A stretch of 64,000 nt of DNA, taken from positions 63,178,001 through 63,242,000 of the forward strand of contig NW_026262582.1 in assembly GCF_021869535.1 (NCBI RefSeq), given 5' to 3'. The notes beneath the pieces were generated by a model. That model saw nothing but the letters and a program-made list of their open reading frames with translations, had not been told where the DNA came from and searched no databases. Positions 37,996 through 50,805 of this stretch are shown here, in pieces (position 1 is the first letter of the stretch; every line of letters begins with the position of its first letter). Made by a program: the position numbers and the translations under genes. This stretch comes from Mytilus californianus (Eukaryota).

Positions 37996-38678
37996 AGTTA
38001 TTTGAAACAAGTTTTTTTATAATTTTAATGTTATCGAAGTTATTGAACCAATGCATGCATATATTATACTAAACTAAGTACTGTATGCACGTTTTTATAT
38101 TCATACGAATCTATAACGTATTATCGACAAATACTATTTCATTCAGTGATTGTTGATCGCAAGCTAATTTACTTTCGAGTTTGTTGCCAGTTTATCAGAT
38201 CGTGACATTGATAAACAATCAACACAAAGAACGTGGAGCACTGGAGCACGTAACAAATAAGTGAATTGTTCTACCCATGATATTTTTCTTTATATTTTCG
38301 ATGCGTTCCCATTGGATGATTAAACTTTTCCTTAACATTTGTTAAAAGATTTGTTGTATTAATTTTTGTTTTCTTTAAGAATCAGTTATTACCGTTTACC
38401 TTCCAGTGAACATTTTTTTTACATTCCTTCATCTTGGTTTTCCCCACGCACTTGCGCTGTGCGGTGGCCGACGTTCTAACGAGAGGTCTCGTAGTTAAGG
38501 TCACTGCATACGGGAAATATCAACAATTCAATAGCAGTGAATTTATGAAGATTTTGATAATATAAAGGATTTTCTTTTACAAGAAAGTTCACGTACACTT
38601 GTTTTATAGTAACACTCAGCCATTCAAGCACATAAAACATATTCGACTTTTATTTTTTAATTCTGAGTTTCATATGAC
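37996..38678. mobile_element. About 680-bp TIR element, absent from the paralogous segments
   Basis: TTAA-AGTTATTTGAAAC..GTTTCATATGAC-TTAA (imperfect TIR); the flanks join directly in the paralogues at about 20590 and 26165. Confidence 0.55.
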
Positions 38679-38963
38679 TTAAAATCGGTTTTATAAAAAA
38701 ACATGGAGTAAAAGAATTAAATTATAAAAAAACAATTTCTCCATGAGACGAATTAGTTTATAAAATTATTTTCTATGTACAATTTCCTGATACACGTATA
38801 TTTTTTTCGTTGTACTTACTACAAAATTCGTGTCCCGTCTCACCCTTTTTAACAGTTTTTTTTTTACTCTTTTGGAGAATAGTAACGCAAGAAGCACAAT
38901 TTCAATAAAATACACTGCTTTTATTTGTATTTTATATATAAGTTAACTGATATTACAGGAATT

Positions 38964-39318
38964 TTAACCTTCCCTGCATTGTTTACATTCTACACGTTTA
39001 GGAGGAATTCAATCTACAAGTGAACTGGTACCCTTTGTGGTTTTGTGCTTTTCTTCTAATTTAGACATTAAAGATTTCTTACAAAGATTTAAACATCATT
39101 TGAAACACCTATCCTTTTGCTTTATGACGGACGTTATTTTTGACGAATCCTTTCCAACGATTGGTCTATGATTACTTTTGCTGACATTGGGAACTAATTA
39201 ATACCGGTTAAAAATGAAAACAATTTACGCTCCTGACCTTTATAATCTTCCGCAATATCCTGAGTCTGTTTTGTTTCCTATGTCTCACTTCCGGAAGTTG
39301 AGTGTTCAGGTGTTTCAC
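38964..39318 (-). pseudogene. Disabled terminal-exon-like block (copy at 39.1 kb)
   Basis: Same acceptor. Frame reads ..HRPIVGKDSSKITSVIKQKDRCFK*CLNLCKKSLMSKLEEKHKTTKGTSSLVD*IPPKRVECKQCREG*. AATAAA at 38925-38920. Confidence 0.5.
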
Positions 39319-39455
39319 CTACATCTTTTAATTTAAATAAGATCTGCACGCGATTGTTCATCACCTACTGTGACAGTGCTTGCGAAACCACGTTGTACAT
39401 GCATTTCAATTAATAGATATATATTAATGAAACATTTACTTTAGTTGACATATAC

Positions 39456-39637
39456 CTTCATAAACTTTTATTTACAATACCATTTCCTCGTTTATTTTCA
39501 TGTCTTCTCAGCCTTAATTGTCTGATTGATACGTAGTTGACAGCGTGTAAAGTGTTTCTCTTCAAACTGTCTGTTGTAGTTCGGCAGCTCTGGAAGAGTT
39601 TTAGAAGGCAAACCTCCAACATCGCGTTTGAAAACTC
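39456..39637 (-). pseudogene. Exon-like block upstream of the terminal block (paralogue at about 26950-27130)
   Basis: CGACAG|GAG acceptor and GAAG|GTATAT donor. VFKRDVGGLPSKTLPELPNYNRQF.. then stops or a frameshift. Clear nucleotide homology to 27.0 kb. Confidence 0.4.
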
Positions 39638-40745
39638 CTGTCGAAAGTACATTGAACGACTAATGATTATTAAAATCGTTCATTTCAACCTTGATCGCTT
39701 TTTTGTAAAGTAAAAAAAAATATTAACAAAATATCGAATTCTAAAGTAAATTCAAAAAGGAGGTAGTTCACAAAAACTGAAAAAATAAAACGCTCGACCA
39801 TATCATCCAAAGTGACGACTGGAAAACAACTGTTATATTCCTGACTTAGCACAGGCATCTATGGGAAACATGATGGATAAACCTGGTTATATAGCTACCT
39901 TAACCTCCGATTTGTATGACAGTGCTGAATAATTCCGTTATATTGACACCATTTGATGAGCAACACAAACAGATATAATGGTTTAACGTAACAATAGTTG
40001 GATCCAGTATTTAAAGCTGTGAAACAACACAACAGACTATAAAATTCAAATAAATTTACACATAAATTTGACAAAGACGTAAAAAGAAGAACTGTAAAAG
40101 TGAACGAATGTTTATAATAAAATGAGGAAAGGTGGTATGATTGCAAATGTAATAACTATTAGATCAAGACCAGGAACAAAAATGTGAACCATACGGCCTT
40201 CAACAAATAGCAAGTCCGTATCTTAAACTACAGCTGACAAAGGTTCCAGAATGAAACAAGAGGGGCACAATTCAATATTATTACATTTAAAGAGATTTCT
40301 GTGCAGGTTTTCTAAATACCTAAATTAATCAATAGTACCCAAATAGCCTATCCGTGCAGTTATGATTTTATGTAAAAAAATTTGAATATAATCATGTTTT
40401 TGAAATATGGAATAAGCTATTAAAGGGAAATAAATACTAATGTCATCACCAACTTATTGAGAACACAGATTTTAAGATTTGAAATTTTTTACTTTATAAA
40501 TTATTTAAAAAAAATTTTAAACTGCAAATTTTTAAAATTATTCCTGTATTAGTGCTTCATATATATGTTTTGGCATTTAGCAAGATACATGTATATGCTA
40601 GAGTTAAATGTGGTGCTGTTTTTTATTATTTATTTGCATGCTGCATGCCTCATTTTATTTGTTATTGCATATGTTTTTATATTCGGTGAAAAGCTCATTA
40701 GAGCTTATGTTTGTATGTTTGTCAATATGCCGAATCAAAATAAAG

Positions 40746-40747
<2 letters not shown>

Positions 40748-40782
<35 letters not shown>
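40748..40782. repeat. (TTAC)n microsatellite
   Basis: Read directly. Confidence 0.95.
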
Positions 40783-41529
40783 TGAGAATAGGCATAACAC
40801 ATTGTAAATGGCTTTTTTGTTCATTTTGGTATATCAGGACCATGTTAATCCGACTGATATCTAAATACCACTTTGAAAATCTCGGTTCGATATGAAATAT
40901 TCAAAATGTTCAACGGTTAGTAAACTTAAAGCAAACCTAAGTTCCTAAGTTTTCTACATAAGAAAATGCCCGTACTAAGTCAGGAATATGACAGTTGTTA
41001 TCCATTCGTTTGATATGTTTGAGCTTTTGATTTTGCCATTTGATTAGGGACTTTCCTTTTTGAATTTTCCTCGGAGTTCAGTATTTTTGTGATTTTACTT
41101 TTTTCCATGATCAAAACTGTTCACTTGAGAGTCCTCAAAAGTTGTGTGACAATAAAGCTTACACATAACTATCTTAATTGCAATGGAATTGAAGAGGTTC
41201 TTGACAAATAGGGTTTTGATAATAATTAATTCTATTTTGAGCACATCTTCAGTGCAGTGAACTACAAATAATTATTGTTCTCTAGCAGTGGATCCTTTAA
41301 CGAACTGATTATTTTGGTTGAATTAAATTTGGGTACAGGAAAACTGCCCCTCGAAACAAATTTTATATATATGACTGGCTTAAAGATAATGACATAAGCA
41401 AGTGAATTTCGTCAAAGAATTTTTAACAAAATTATTTGATATAGACAAAATGTATAAATTGAATCAAGCCAATATCACGGCAACGGTTTGTTTTCAGAAC
41501 ACGTTGTAACTTCGAAATACTTTCTAATA

Positions 41530-41790
41530 TGAAGCTAACTCAATTGCCTATCTCCTTTGTTCCATTGTTAAACTAAAGAATTAGACGAAACCATAAGGTC
41601 TGTTCGCATCTGTGGGCTAACGTAAATGTATTGTGTATTACGTCTTTTATAATATAAACTCCAGCTGCCACTAATGTGATGCTCACGCTTACCGAGAACG
41701 TTGTTTGTCAAATTAAATGACAAATCTATACTTCCCATAGACCTGTAACTGATATTTGTCACAGTATTGACCCATGACATAAAGGAATTG
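41530..41790 (-). pseudogene. Exon-like block homologous to 27930-28170
   Basis: ..SYRSMGSIDLSFNLTNNVLGKREHHISGSWSLYYKRRNTQYI.. shares MG, N.TN.V, R.HH, SL.Y and QYI with the 28-kb copy. Confidence 0.4.
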
Positions 41791-43832
41791 GAGTGTTAAA
41801 CCTAACGTTGCTGTCATTAAACATTAACTGTGTCATTGTTATTGTTAAAGAAAGTTTGTGGTTGATGAAATCCCCCGTAGAATGGACAATTTGATCTAAT
41901 AAATACTTAAAAGTGTTTCGCAGTTTTAATTTTGACAATGGTCACGAAAAAAACGTTCTATAATCTTTAAATAGGACATGTCCTAATAGGACAACAATAT
42001 CATCGACTGCTTCGAGGCTGTAATATTAAAAAATGTCCATGACAGAGTCCATTGTGGATTTAACATGTTTCATTTATTTTTCCTGCCACTGTGGCTTGTA
42101 TATGAAAAACTATAACTTTTATGCAAAGATATTACATGTTACAAAGTGTATATTTATAAATGTCAAATCTGCCATTTTCTAAGTTTCAATTTCATTTATT
42201 TCTTCAAAGAACTTCGTACGCGCATGTGTGCGGGGGTTGTGATAATTTCATTTGTAGTTGAAACCAAAGTTCTGTTCATTAACGCTTATTTCATATCTCT
42301 AATCGTGTATTTCCAGATTTTATGGAGTTCCAACATGCCTTTTTAAAATTTCCAGCCTAAGGAACGCGACACTGAGGCAACAAAGTAAATTAGATATCTG
42401 ACTAAACAAATAAATGAATAAAAACTAAACTGTGCAAAGGTTTTAATCAATTATATACCGACTGCTTCACGAGTATACTAATAATTTAAACTTATTTTGA
42501 TTTCAGAATATTATATTCCTTTTTGCAAATTGTTCGTAATAACCTTGCATGATATGATTGCCCAGGGCTAGTTGATTTTTCTTCTAAATATTTTAAAACA
42601 AAACATTCCTTTCGGTCCATTCTGGAAAAAGCTAAGTTGTTGGCATCTAAAAAGCACTAAAAACGCCACCAACCTAAATTAAAAAATATAACAATGTGTT
42701 TGTATATTTCAAATATATGTGTGGACCTTTAGATATTCTATTTACCGAGTTCAAAATTGGGGGTTGAGTTAAAATCTCTTGTGAACTAGCCCACAAGTTC
42801 GTGTAAACTCTCAAGTCAGGAAACTTTGTTATTGGTTGTCTTTAGTCAAACCGTAATGCTTTTTGCGGTTAAGGAAATGTGAACCTTCATTCAGTTTTGG
42901 GGACCCTGTACTTTAAGGTAAGGATTCAGTTTAGGGTAAGGGTTGAATCTGGGTTTGTTTTATCTTAGGGCTATGTTTTAGGATTGTGGTTATTTTTGTA
43001 TAATCCTATATTGGCAATGCTGGGTTGGGTTCCCTAAAATAAACGATGGCCAAATATGTGTTTTGATGGTACATATTTTATTGTCTCCATTTAATGTATT
43101 CTTAACTTTTCTGATCTCTTGGTTTTAGAGCATAACGCTTGTCTGTTGTTTAATTAAGACCGTATATTAATCTATAGCTGTCTGGCTTATATATTAACCG
43201 ATAGATGCCTATTAAGGACGATATGTTAAACTAAAGATACATTTATTTATAAGACCGTATATTAGCCTAAAGATGTCTTGTTTAAGGTCGTATATTAACT
43301 GATAGACGTCGTCTTTTGGTTGCAATGACATTTATATATACCATACATTTCCTTCTTATAACTCGCATTTCAAGACATCTTTGTGAAGCATAAACAACGA
43401 GTTTAATATCTCATACTTTTATCCTTAAGGCTTGCTTCAACCGCATAATGTTTTTGACTTTTATTAAATTGGCATTAGAGAAAAAAAAATGTTTTACATC
43501 AATAAATGTTTGCCTACCAAAAGCAACGCTGTTGATAACCATTTTCTTGAAACTTTCAAGGTGTAAACAATCCGACTATAATATATGAACGCCAAGGAAT
43601 GGTTCATCCCAAATATATATACGGTACGGAAGTGACGTATTATATGTTTCGACGAATACATTAAAAGGTGGAAGCACAAAAGTTGTTGTCGTCGGAATCA
43701 CCATCATGTTATTTATATCAGATACTAGAAAAGAGATTTATTTAAAATGTGTACAATTAAAATCACATAATGTGTATGAACCACAAAGCGGTGAACGTCC
43801 GAATAAATACAAAGGACCATTAAGAAAACAGG

Positions 43833-44050
43833 AAAAAGTAAAATCACAAAAATACTGAACTCCGAGGAAAATTCAAAAATGAAAGTCCCCAATCAAACGG
43901 CAAAATCAAAAGTTCAAACACATCAAACGAATGGATAACAACTGTCATATTCCTGACTTGGTACAGGCATTTTCTTATGTAGAAAATGGTGGATTGAACC
44001 TGGTTTTAAAGCTAGCTAAACCTCTCACTTGTATGACAGTCGCATCAAAC
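43833..44050 (+). mobile_element. Interspersed repeat family C
   Basis: AAAAGTAAAATCACAAAAATACTGAACTCCGAGGAAAATTC..CAACTGTCATATTCCTGACTTGGTACAGGCATTTTC; at least 10 copies in the window. Confidence 0.85.
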
Positions 44051-44239
44051 AGGAACATTCTTTGCGGTTTTTCCACTGTAATTAAGGACAATATGTGATA
44101 ACACGGAATTCACCTGCTGCATTATTACCGCACCTTTGATATTCGTTATTTTAAGTTTACTTAGTACGGTCATCAGTGGGTCAGTGGGTGTTTATATCCC
44201 ATGCTTCCTCTCTCTTTCTCTCTCCCTTACATTTATGCG

Positions 44240-44412
44240 TGAGAGGGTAGCTAGCTATCAAACCAGGTTTAATCCACCATTTTCTATATAAGGAAATGCC
44301 TGTACCAAATAAGGAATATGACATTTGTTTTCAGTTCGTTTGAGCTTTTGATTTTGCCATTTGATAAGGGACTTTCCGTTTTGAATACGGTATTTTAGTT
44401 ATTTTACTTTTT
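44240..44412 (-). mobile_element. Family C, inverted relative to 43833-44050
   Basis: AAACCAGGTTTAATCCACCATTTTCTA..GAAATGCCTGTACCAA. Confidence 0.8.
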
Positions 44413-45526
44413 ACTTTTACAAACACCCACACATTGTTATAAGATAGCATTGTAATTTTGAGTGAGACAGCGCTCCTCATGATTTTTGCAGAATGAACAT
44501 TTGTTTTAGTTTTAGTTGTCGTCGGTAAGTTGACAAATTAGCGAATTTTGCACTTGTTGTGGATTCTTTGTGTGTATTTTTGCGTTCCAAATTTTCCAAA
44601 AAATTCCAAGTTTTTATTTTAATCACGCCCTTTATTGTTCTCCGACGATGCACATTACGTTTTCAAAATTACCTCAAAAGGACTGCTAATCAAATTTTAA
44701 AGAGCTTGTGGAAAATGATAACAATCCAATCGACTCTTCTTAATTAAACAAATTATATCTTATAATTCTTTCGTGTCTTTGAAATAATTGACGTAATGTG
44801 TTGGTGTACTCCAAAGTAAGTCGGCACAGCGAAAGCACTGCAATTATAAATCTTCAAGAAGCCATTCAACATTAATCAAATTGCTTAATATGACTCGGAT
44901 GAATCCGAATAAATACGTTCATTCATATGTTTTTAAGTGCACCAGCAAATTAATACCGTTAAAGCTTTTAAAGAAAAGGATTGTAATCATTTAGTGCATA
45001 ACAAACGTACACCAACATGGCTAGCAACCTTGAATCAAAAGTTTAAAAATTACGAAGCTTAAAAAATCAACACAGATGGTAAACAGCCTAACTGTTTTAT
45101 CGTTAATCATACTGCAACTGTTAAGAGAATAATAATCTGATGTACGTCAACAAAATGGAATTGGACAAAAATAACAAAAATAGAAAGAAAAAAAAAATCT
45201 CAATTTAAATATTTAATGGACGTCGTAATAAGTCAACAATATGGTGTTTTTAAGTTTTCTGTTTTTAAAATTAATTGTGTTTTGGGGTAAACATATTGGA
45301 CACATTGTGAACTTTGACGTATATTTGGGTGTGGGCATTTTTATTGTTTTTTTCTTAAGGCTTGACATGTGTACATATTCTACAAGTCAATATCCTAGGG
45401 TAGCGCTCCACAAAAAATGGAGGATAATACAAGAAACTGAAACATAATATCTATGACCTTAACTCTCATATTTTTTTTTTTGCCGTTAAGATTTTTACTT
45501 TTAAAATGAAAAAGAGTCTTCTTTAA

Positions 45527-45821
45527 GGATGCTCGCTCCTCTGTTTCAAAATAACAAGCTATTGATTTAAATTATCATTACTATAAATATCTGCACTGAA
45601 ATTTCAGAAGAAAATGGAATGTCTGTGTCCTTTTTAGAGATAAAAACCATTTTAGCAGGAAAAGATTGTTTATACCTTAAACATTGCCACTTTTTTATTT
45701 CAAAATCTATAAAAATTAACAAGGATTTTATAAGATTTTCAAAACAAATTTTCAAGTCATGGATAAAACCAGAGGATTTCGAATATCTGAAAAAAGTCAA
45801 AAACAAGATAGGCGAACATCC
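45527..45821 (+). mobile_element. Internally deleted copy of the Kolobok-like element
   Basis: TTAA|GGATGCTCGC..GGCGAACATCC|TTGA. Confidence 0.7.
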
Positions 45822-47134
45822 TTGATGCTATCTTACTGAACTTGCAATCATGGTATTTTTAAGTACACTGTTTAATTCGTCAGTAATAATCTTTTGAAGA
45901 CAACTTTCTCGAAAATGGTCAGTATATATGGACACTGATTTCTTAAAATTTAGTTTTTGAGTTTTGTACATTTGTCATTCGGAAATCCATTTTCTTTTAT
46001 ACTTAATTCTAAAGCTAATATCGTCATGGAAATAGGACTATGATATAATGTCTTCCGCAATATTAAATCTAGTTGAATTTTATTGTACTTTATGTTTCTC
46101 AATCAACTAAAAGGCATTTAAATTCGTCCCAAGAGACTGCTTTCATCATCCAAACATAATTAGAAGATAGTTCAGAATTCAATATGACAATAGGGATTTG
46201 TACGAAAGCTCTAATTTAGGCATACTGAATTCCATATGGGCATTCTAACGAAATAAGTGATTTATATCATTTTCTGAAAAAAGGGAAAACAAACTTTTTC
46301 GAATGAGTATTTGCTTGGTTCGTTTTCTCTTTCCAGTATTGCTTTATCATTTAAGGGAGTACCTAACAGTTTGGTTGAAAACAAATGCTATAGCTTTTTT
46401 TCTTATTTCATATTAATAAGTTTGGCGATTCAACTGCAAAATTTTTATAAGTTTATCCCCAACCCCCAAAAAATAAAAAATACCAAGCACACGCATGAAA
46501 AAAACCCAAAGAAACAAAACAAAAAAAAACAAAACGTTAAAAAAGACAAATACACCAATGGCCAAATCAGTAGCTGTCGTCTGCTTTGAAACTATCCGTG
46601 TCGATCAGGTATTATATTTAAATAATATAGATTATTACTTTAAGTTATTGGTATATCTTTTATTGTTTGCAGCCCTAAAAAAAACTGCCATTGTGAAGGA
46701 CATTAATTTTGTTGTACAAATTGGCAAAGCACAATACATTTTGAACAATTGGAGCACTATACCAAAAAGGTTCGTAAAAAGACAGTTCTTACGAATAAAT
46801 GTCACAAAGTCAAGAAGAGAATGAGCATACAACTATTGAGCTTTTATTAAAAAGTTAAATGATTTAAAGTGTTTGTTAAAAAAACATGCAACTTCTAAAT
46901 CGCGTCTTTTTCAAAATACAAAACATCTACTATAATACCGTTTTGGCTTTTCGTGACAGGCACTTGCATATGTGAATTCAATATGTGAAATAACAAGGCG
47001 TTTAAAATACCACTGATCAGAACGAGTATATTTACTTTTCGGCAAGCGTTCCAATGGTAAGTTAAAGTTCTGTTGTTAATTCGTACTGATCCATATTCTA
47101 TAATTGCTACAAAAGAATGTTCAACGTGGCTATA

Positions 47135-47507
47135 AAAAAAGGAGATGAGGTATGATTGCCAATGAGTCAACTATCCACCAAAGTTCAAATAAAGTGGATG
47201 TAAGCAATTATAGGCAACCGTACAGCCTTCAACAATGAGAAAAACGCATACTGTATGGTCAGCTATAAAAGGCCGCGACATGAAAAATACGAAACAATTA
47301 AATTGAGAAAACTAACGGCCTAATTTATAACAAAACAATTTACGAAAAACAAATATGACATACATGAACCAACGACAACCACTGAACTACAGGCTACTGA
47401 CTTGGAATAGGCAGTTAAAGAATGTGGCGGGGTTAAACATGTTTGTGAGCGCACAACACTCCCTTAACCTGGGACAGTGGTGTAACAGCACAACATAAGA
47501 ACAAACT
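47135..47507 (+). mobile_element. Family B
   Basis: Head and 3' subunit both present. Confidence 0.8.
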
Positions 47508-48209
47508 AGTTCATTTTACAATGTAGAAATTCATAGTCAGTTCTTACTCACACGATTATGACTCTTCAATTGTTTATTTCTACTGTTTGTAAATCTCCAG
47601 ACTACAACGTCATACCAAAAACAATATTTTCAACGTTTAAAAACTGTAATTTAGATTATATATTACGAGAAAAATCACTGAGATTTCATGCTTAAAATAG
47701 CTTACTATAAACCTAAATCACCCTTAGCGCTACAAAAACACAGAGCAACAAGTACTTGGCCTGTAAGATTCGAATACGTGATTTGTTTGACGTAAACCGT
47801 CTGTGAGCACGCGCTGGTCATATCTTCTCGTCTGCTCAATTTAATACAGAACAGTAATGTAAAATTATTGTTCCCTAAGAACATATAAAATTGTATTTAT
47901 GTATAAATATAAGATGATTGAATACTTTTAGATTGTAGAAACATATTTCTAAATGTTAAATTAACTTAATGGAATAGCAACGTAATGAAACGGAAATGTA
48001 CGTTAGAGACCAAATTTGCATAATACTCGATGTATTATGGGTAAACAAATTCAAAATTGGGATTCCAAACATGTAAAACTCGACTGAAAACGTTGTTGTC
48101 ACGAAAGATAAGATTATTTATTAAAAGGGCTGATTTCGAAAAGACCATGTGCGTATTTTAGTGTTAGGTCAAAGATTGGGAATTCTTGATGGAAAACACA
48201 TAGAGTTAA

Positions 48210-48851
48210 GGATGTTCACTGCTCTGTTTTAAATGGCAGCTTTTTCAAAGACTGTTATAAATATAAAGTATATAAATAAAGGAACTAAAAAAGCAGAAAA
48301 ATGAAGGTTCGTGTCTTTGTTTTTGAAATATAAGTCTTTGAAAAATTGGCGGGAAATCATTCTCTCAAGATTTTTCATACATCTAACATAGGTACCTTTT
48401 TTCTTAAATATTTGTTTTTCATAAATGGCTTATTAACTACACGTATTATAATTATGAAAGAAAAGTAGGAGTTAGCTGGCAAAATTGTTGATGGCACTGC
48501 ATATGGATAAAACCAGAGTATTCAGAATATCTGACCAAAAAGTCATTGTCAATAAAATTGAGAATGGAAATGGGGAATGTGTCAAAGAGACAACAACCCG
48601 ACCAAAGAGGAGAAAACAGCCCAAGGCCACTAATGGGTCTTCAACACAGCGAGAAAATTCCGCACACGGAGGCGGCCTTCAGCTGGCCACTAAACACAAG
48701 TGTGTACTAGTTCAGTGAAAATGGACGTCACACTAAACTCCGAAACATATAAATGAACTAAAATTTAAATAACATACAAGACTAATAAAGGCTTTTCCAA
48801 TTGAAAGGAGCAAAGACTAACGTCTAGAATATGAAAGACTAGCGAACATCC
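48210..48851 (+). mobile_element. Kolobok-like element with perfect TTAA TSD and a nested family A repeat
   Basis: TTAA at 48206-09 and 48852-55; TIR GGATGTTC / GAACATCC; family A at 48551-48792 inside it. Confidence 0.8.
48551..48792 (+). mobile_element. Family A, nested in the Kolobok-like element
   Basis: Same 5' sequence; 3' truncated. Confidence 0.8.
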
Positions 48852-49323
48852 TTAACACTAGACTAAAACAACGATACTATGATCTCTTTTTAAGGAGTAA
48901 TATACAACAACTACCAGTCAAAACTACGAAAAACCAACAACTGGGTATCATGACCAAAAGGTTCCACGTCACTTTTTATTCATAATTTGTAATGTAGTAT
49001 CAGAATTGTTCCCAACAATAATTATTAGCACAACATAACCTTTTGATTTTGTTTTTGTTTTTTTGATAAAATGAATTAAACTATTACATCAAATTCAAGT
49101 AATTTGCAATTATAGAGTATCAGAATTGTTCCTCACAACAATTATTATTACAAAATAATCGTTTGATGCTTCTTTTTTTTAAATAAAGTAAAATTGAATT
49201 ATTATGTAATCAAATTCAAGTCAACTCAACACCTTACTGATTTTGACCTTCTGAAAGAAACAAATATAAGACCGGGAAATTGCTCATTATTCCACTACTT
49301 TGAAAACTATTAAGGCACTTCAT

Positions 49324-49528
49324 GAGGGTCTGGATGGGGGTCCATAATTTCTGTATTCTTTAATTTTAGGCCAATTTCTCTATTCTTTATACTTTTTGCC
49401 CATTATTCTATATTCTTTATATTTTAGCACCTCATTGTTTTCTATTCTTTATTTTTTGGTCCGTTTTTCTCTATCCTTTATATTTTTGCTCATTATTCTC
49501 TATCCTGTAAATCCCCATCCACACCCTC
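49324..49528. mobile_element. MITE family E
   Basis: GAGGGTCTGGATGGGGG..CCCCATCCACACCCTC. Confidence 0.8.
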
Positions 49529-50240
49529 CTTCATTTGTTGCATAAAACGTGAAATTTTGTTTGTTTGTTTAAAAAAACTCATTAAAATAATCTATTCTGG
49601 AGAAAAATATTTTTGAGAAAAATGTTCATATGATTTTTTTGTATTTATTCACCCGAAGATATTATCAAACGAATGTTTTCTGTGCATTGATACCGTAAAT
49701 CACAATATGATATGCAATATTTTCGGCGAGTGAGTGAACGTTCTAACTGTGTCTAGCAGCTGATGTTTTACTGTATACTTTATAATATGTTTAGTTGTTT
49801 GAACCTGTGTGAAGATGAAATGATAAGGTCAGTTCAAAAATTGATTTTGTTGTGTCTAATTTTGCGACTGCATGAAGACACGATTTTGGATTTCAGAAAA
49901 CAATGGTATGTGACACGCATTGAAGTAAAATAACGTCCTTCAGAGATGTAACCGAACAGACAGTTGTATCCATGCCCGATTGGATCTTACGATTTTTAGT
50001 TTGCTCATGAGAAAAGTATGGAGACTGTGGTTCAGTTCGAAAGTCTTAAGAGATAGCAAAAAAAAAAAATTAAAAAAAATCAGCATGATTTGCTAAATTA
50101 AAAAGAAACAGACTGAATGCTTATATTAATATTCTTCATCTCAAGATAGCACTGAAACCTTCAACTTGTAGCAAAACCCTCACCTCACTGCAAATTTAAA
50201 ATGGCGGCTTGCTATCGTGTGACATATTTGATAGTTTATC

Positions 50241-50805
50241 AATAAAATTGAGAATGGAAATGCCGAAGGCCACCAATGGGTCTTCAATGCAGCGAGAAAA
50301 TCCCGCACCCGGAGTAGGTCCTCAGCTGGCCCCTAAATAAAATTGTGTGCTAGTTCAGTGAAAATGGACGTCACATTAAACTCCAAAATATATAAATGAA
50401 CTAAAATCAAAAAACATGCTAGACTAATAAAGGCCAGAGGCTCCTGACTTGGGACAGGCGCAAAAATGCGGCGGGGTTAAACATGTTTTGTGAGATCCCA
50501 ACCCTCCCCTATACCTCTAGGCAATGTAGAATAAAGAAACACATAGCAATACGCACAGTAAAACTCAGTTTAAAAGAAGTCCGAGTCCGATGTCAGAATA
50601 GGTAACAAAAGAAACTAAGCAAAATGATAATGATACATAAATGAACAAAGGACTACTAGCAGTTACTGACATGCCAGCTCCAGACCTCAATTAAACCGAT
50701 TAAAAGATTATGTCTTCATCATTTGAAAATCAAGTACAATCCCTCCCGTTAGGGGTTTAGTATCATACCATCATAAAATAAATGAGAAGAACATAACCTG
50801 TATCA
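50241..50805 (+). mobile_element. Family A, longest copy (small 5' internal deletion)
   Basis: Family A head plus a 3' extension (CCGAGTCCGATGTCAG..CCCTCCCGTTAGGGG). Confidence 0.8.

Noticed and set aside
44540-45100. Possible decayed transposase or RT coding sequence
   Set aside because: Frames are short, with no recognisable motif.
46495-46824. 109-aa plus ORF with an apparent 64-nt intron
   Set aside because: It starts in an A-rich low-complexity run, and splicing 46609-46672 gives an immediate stop.
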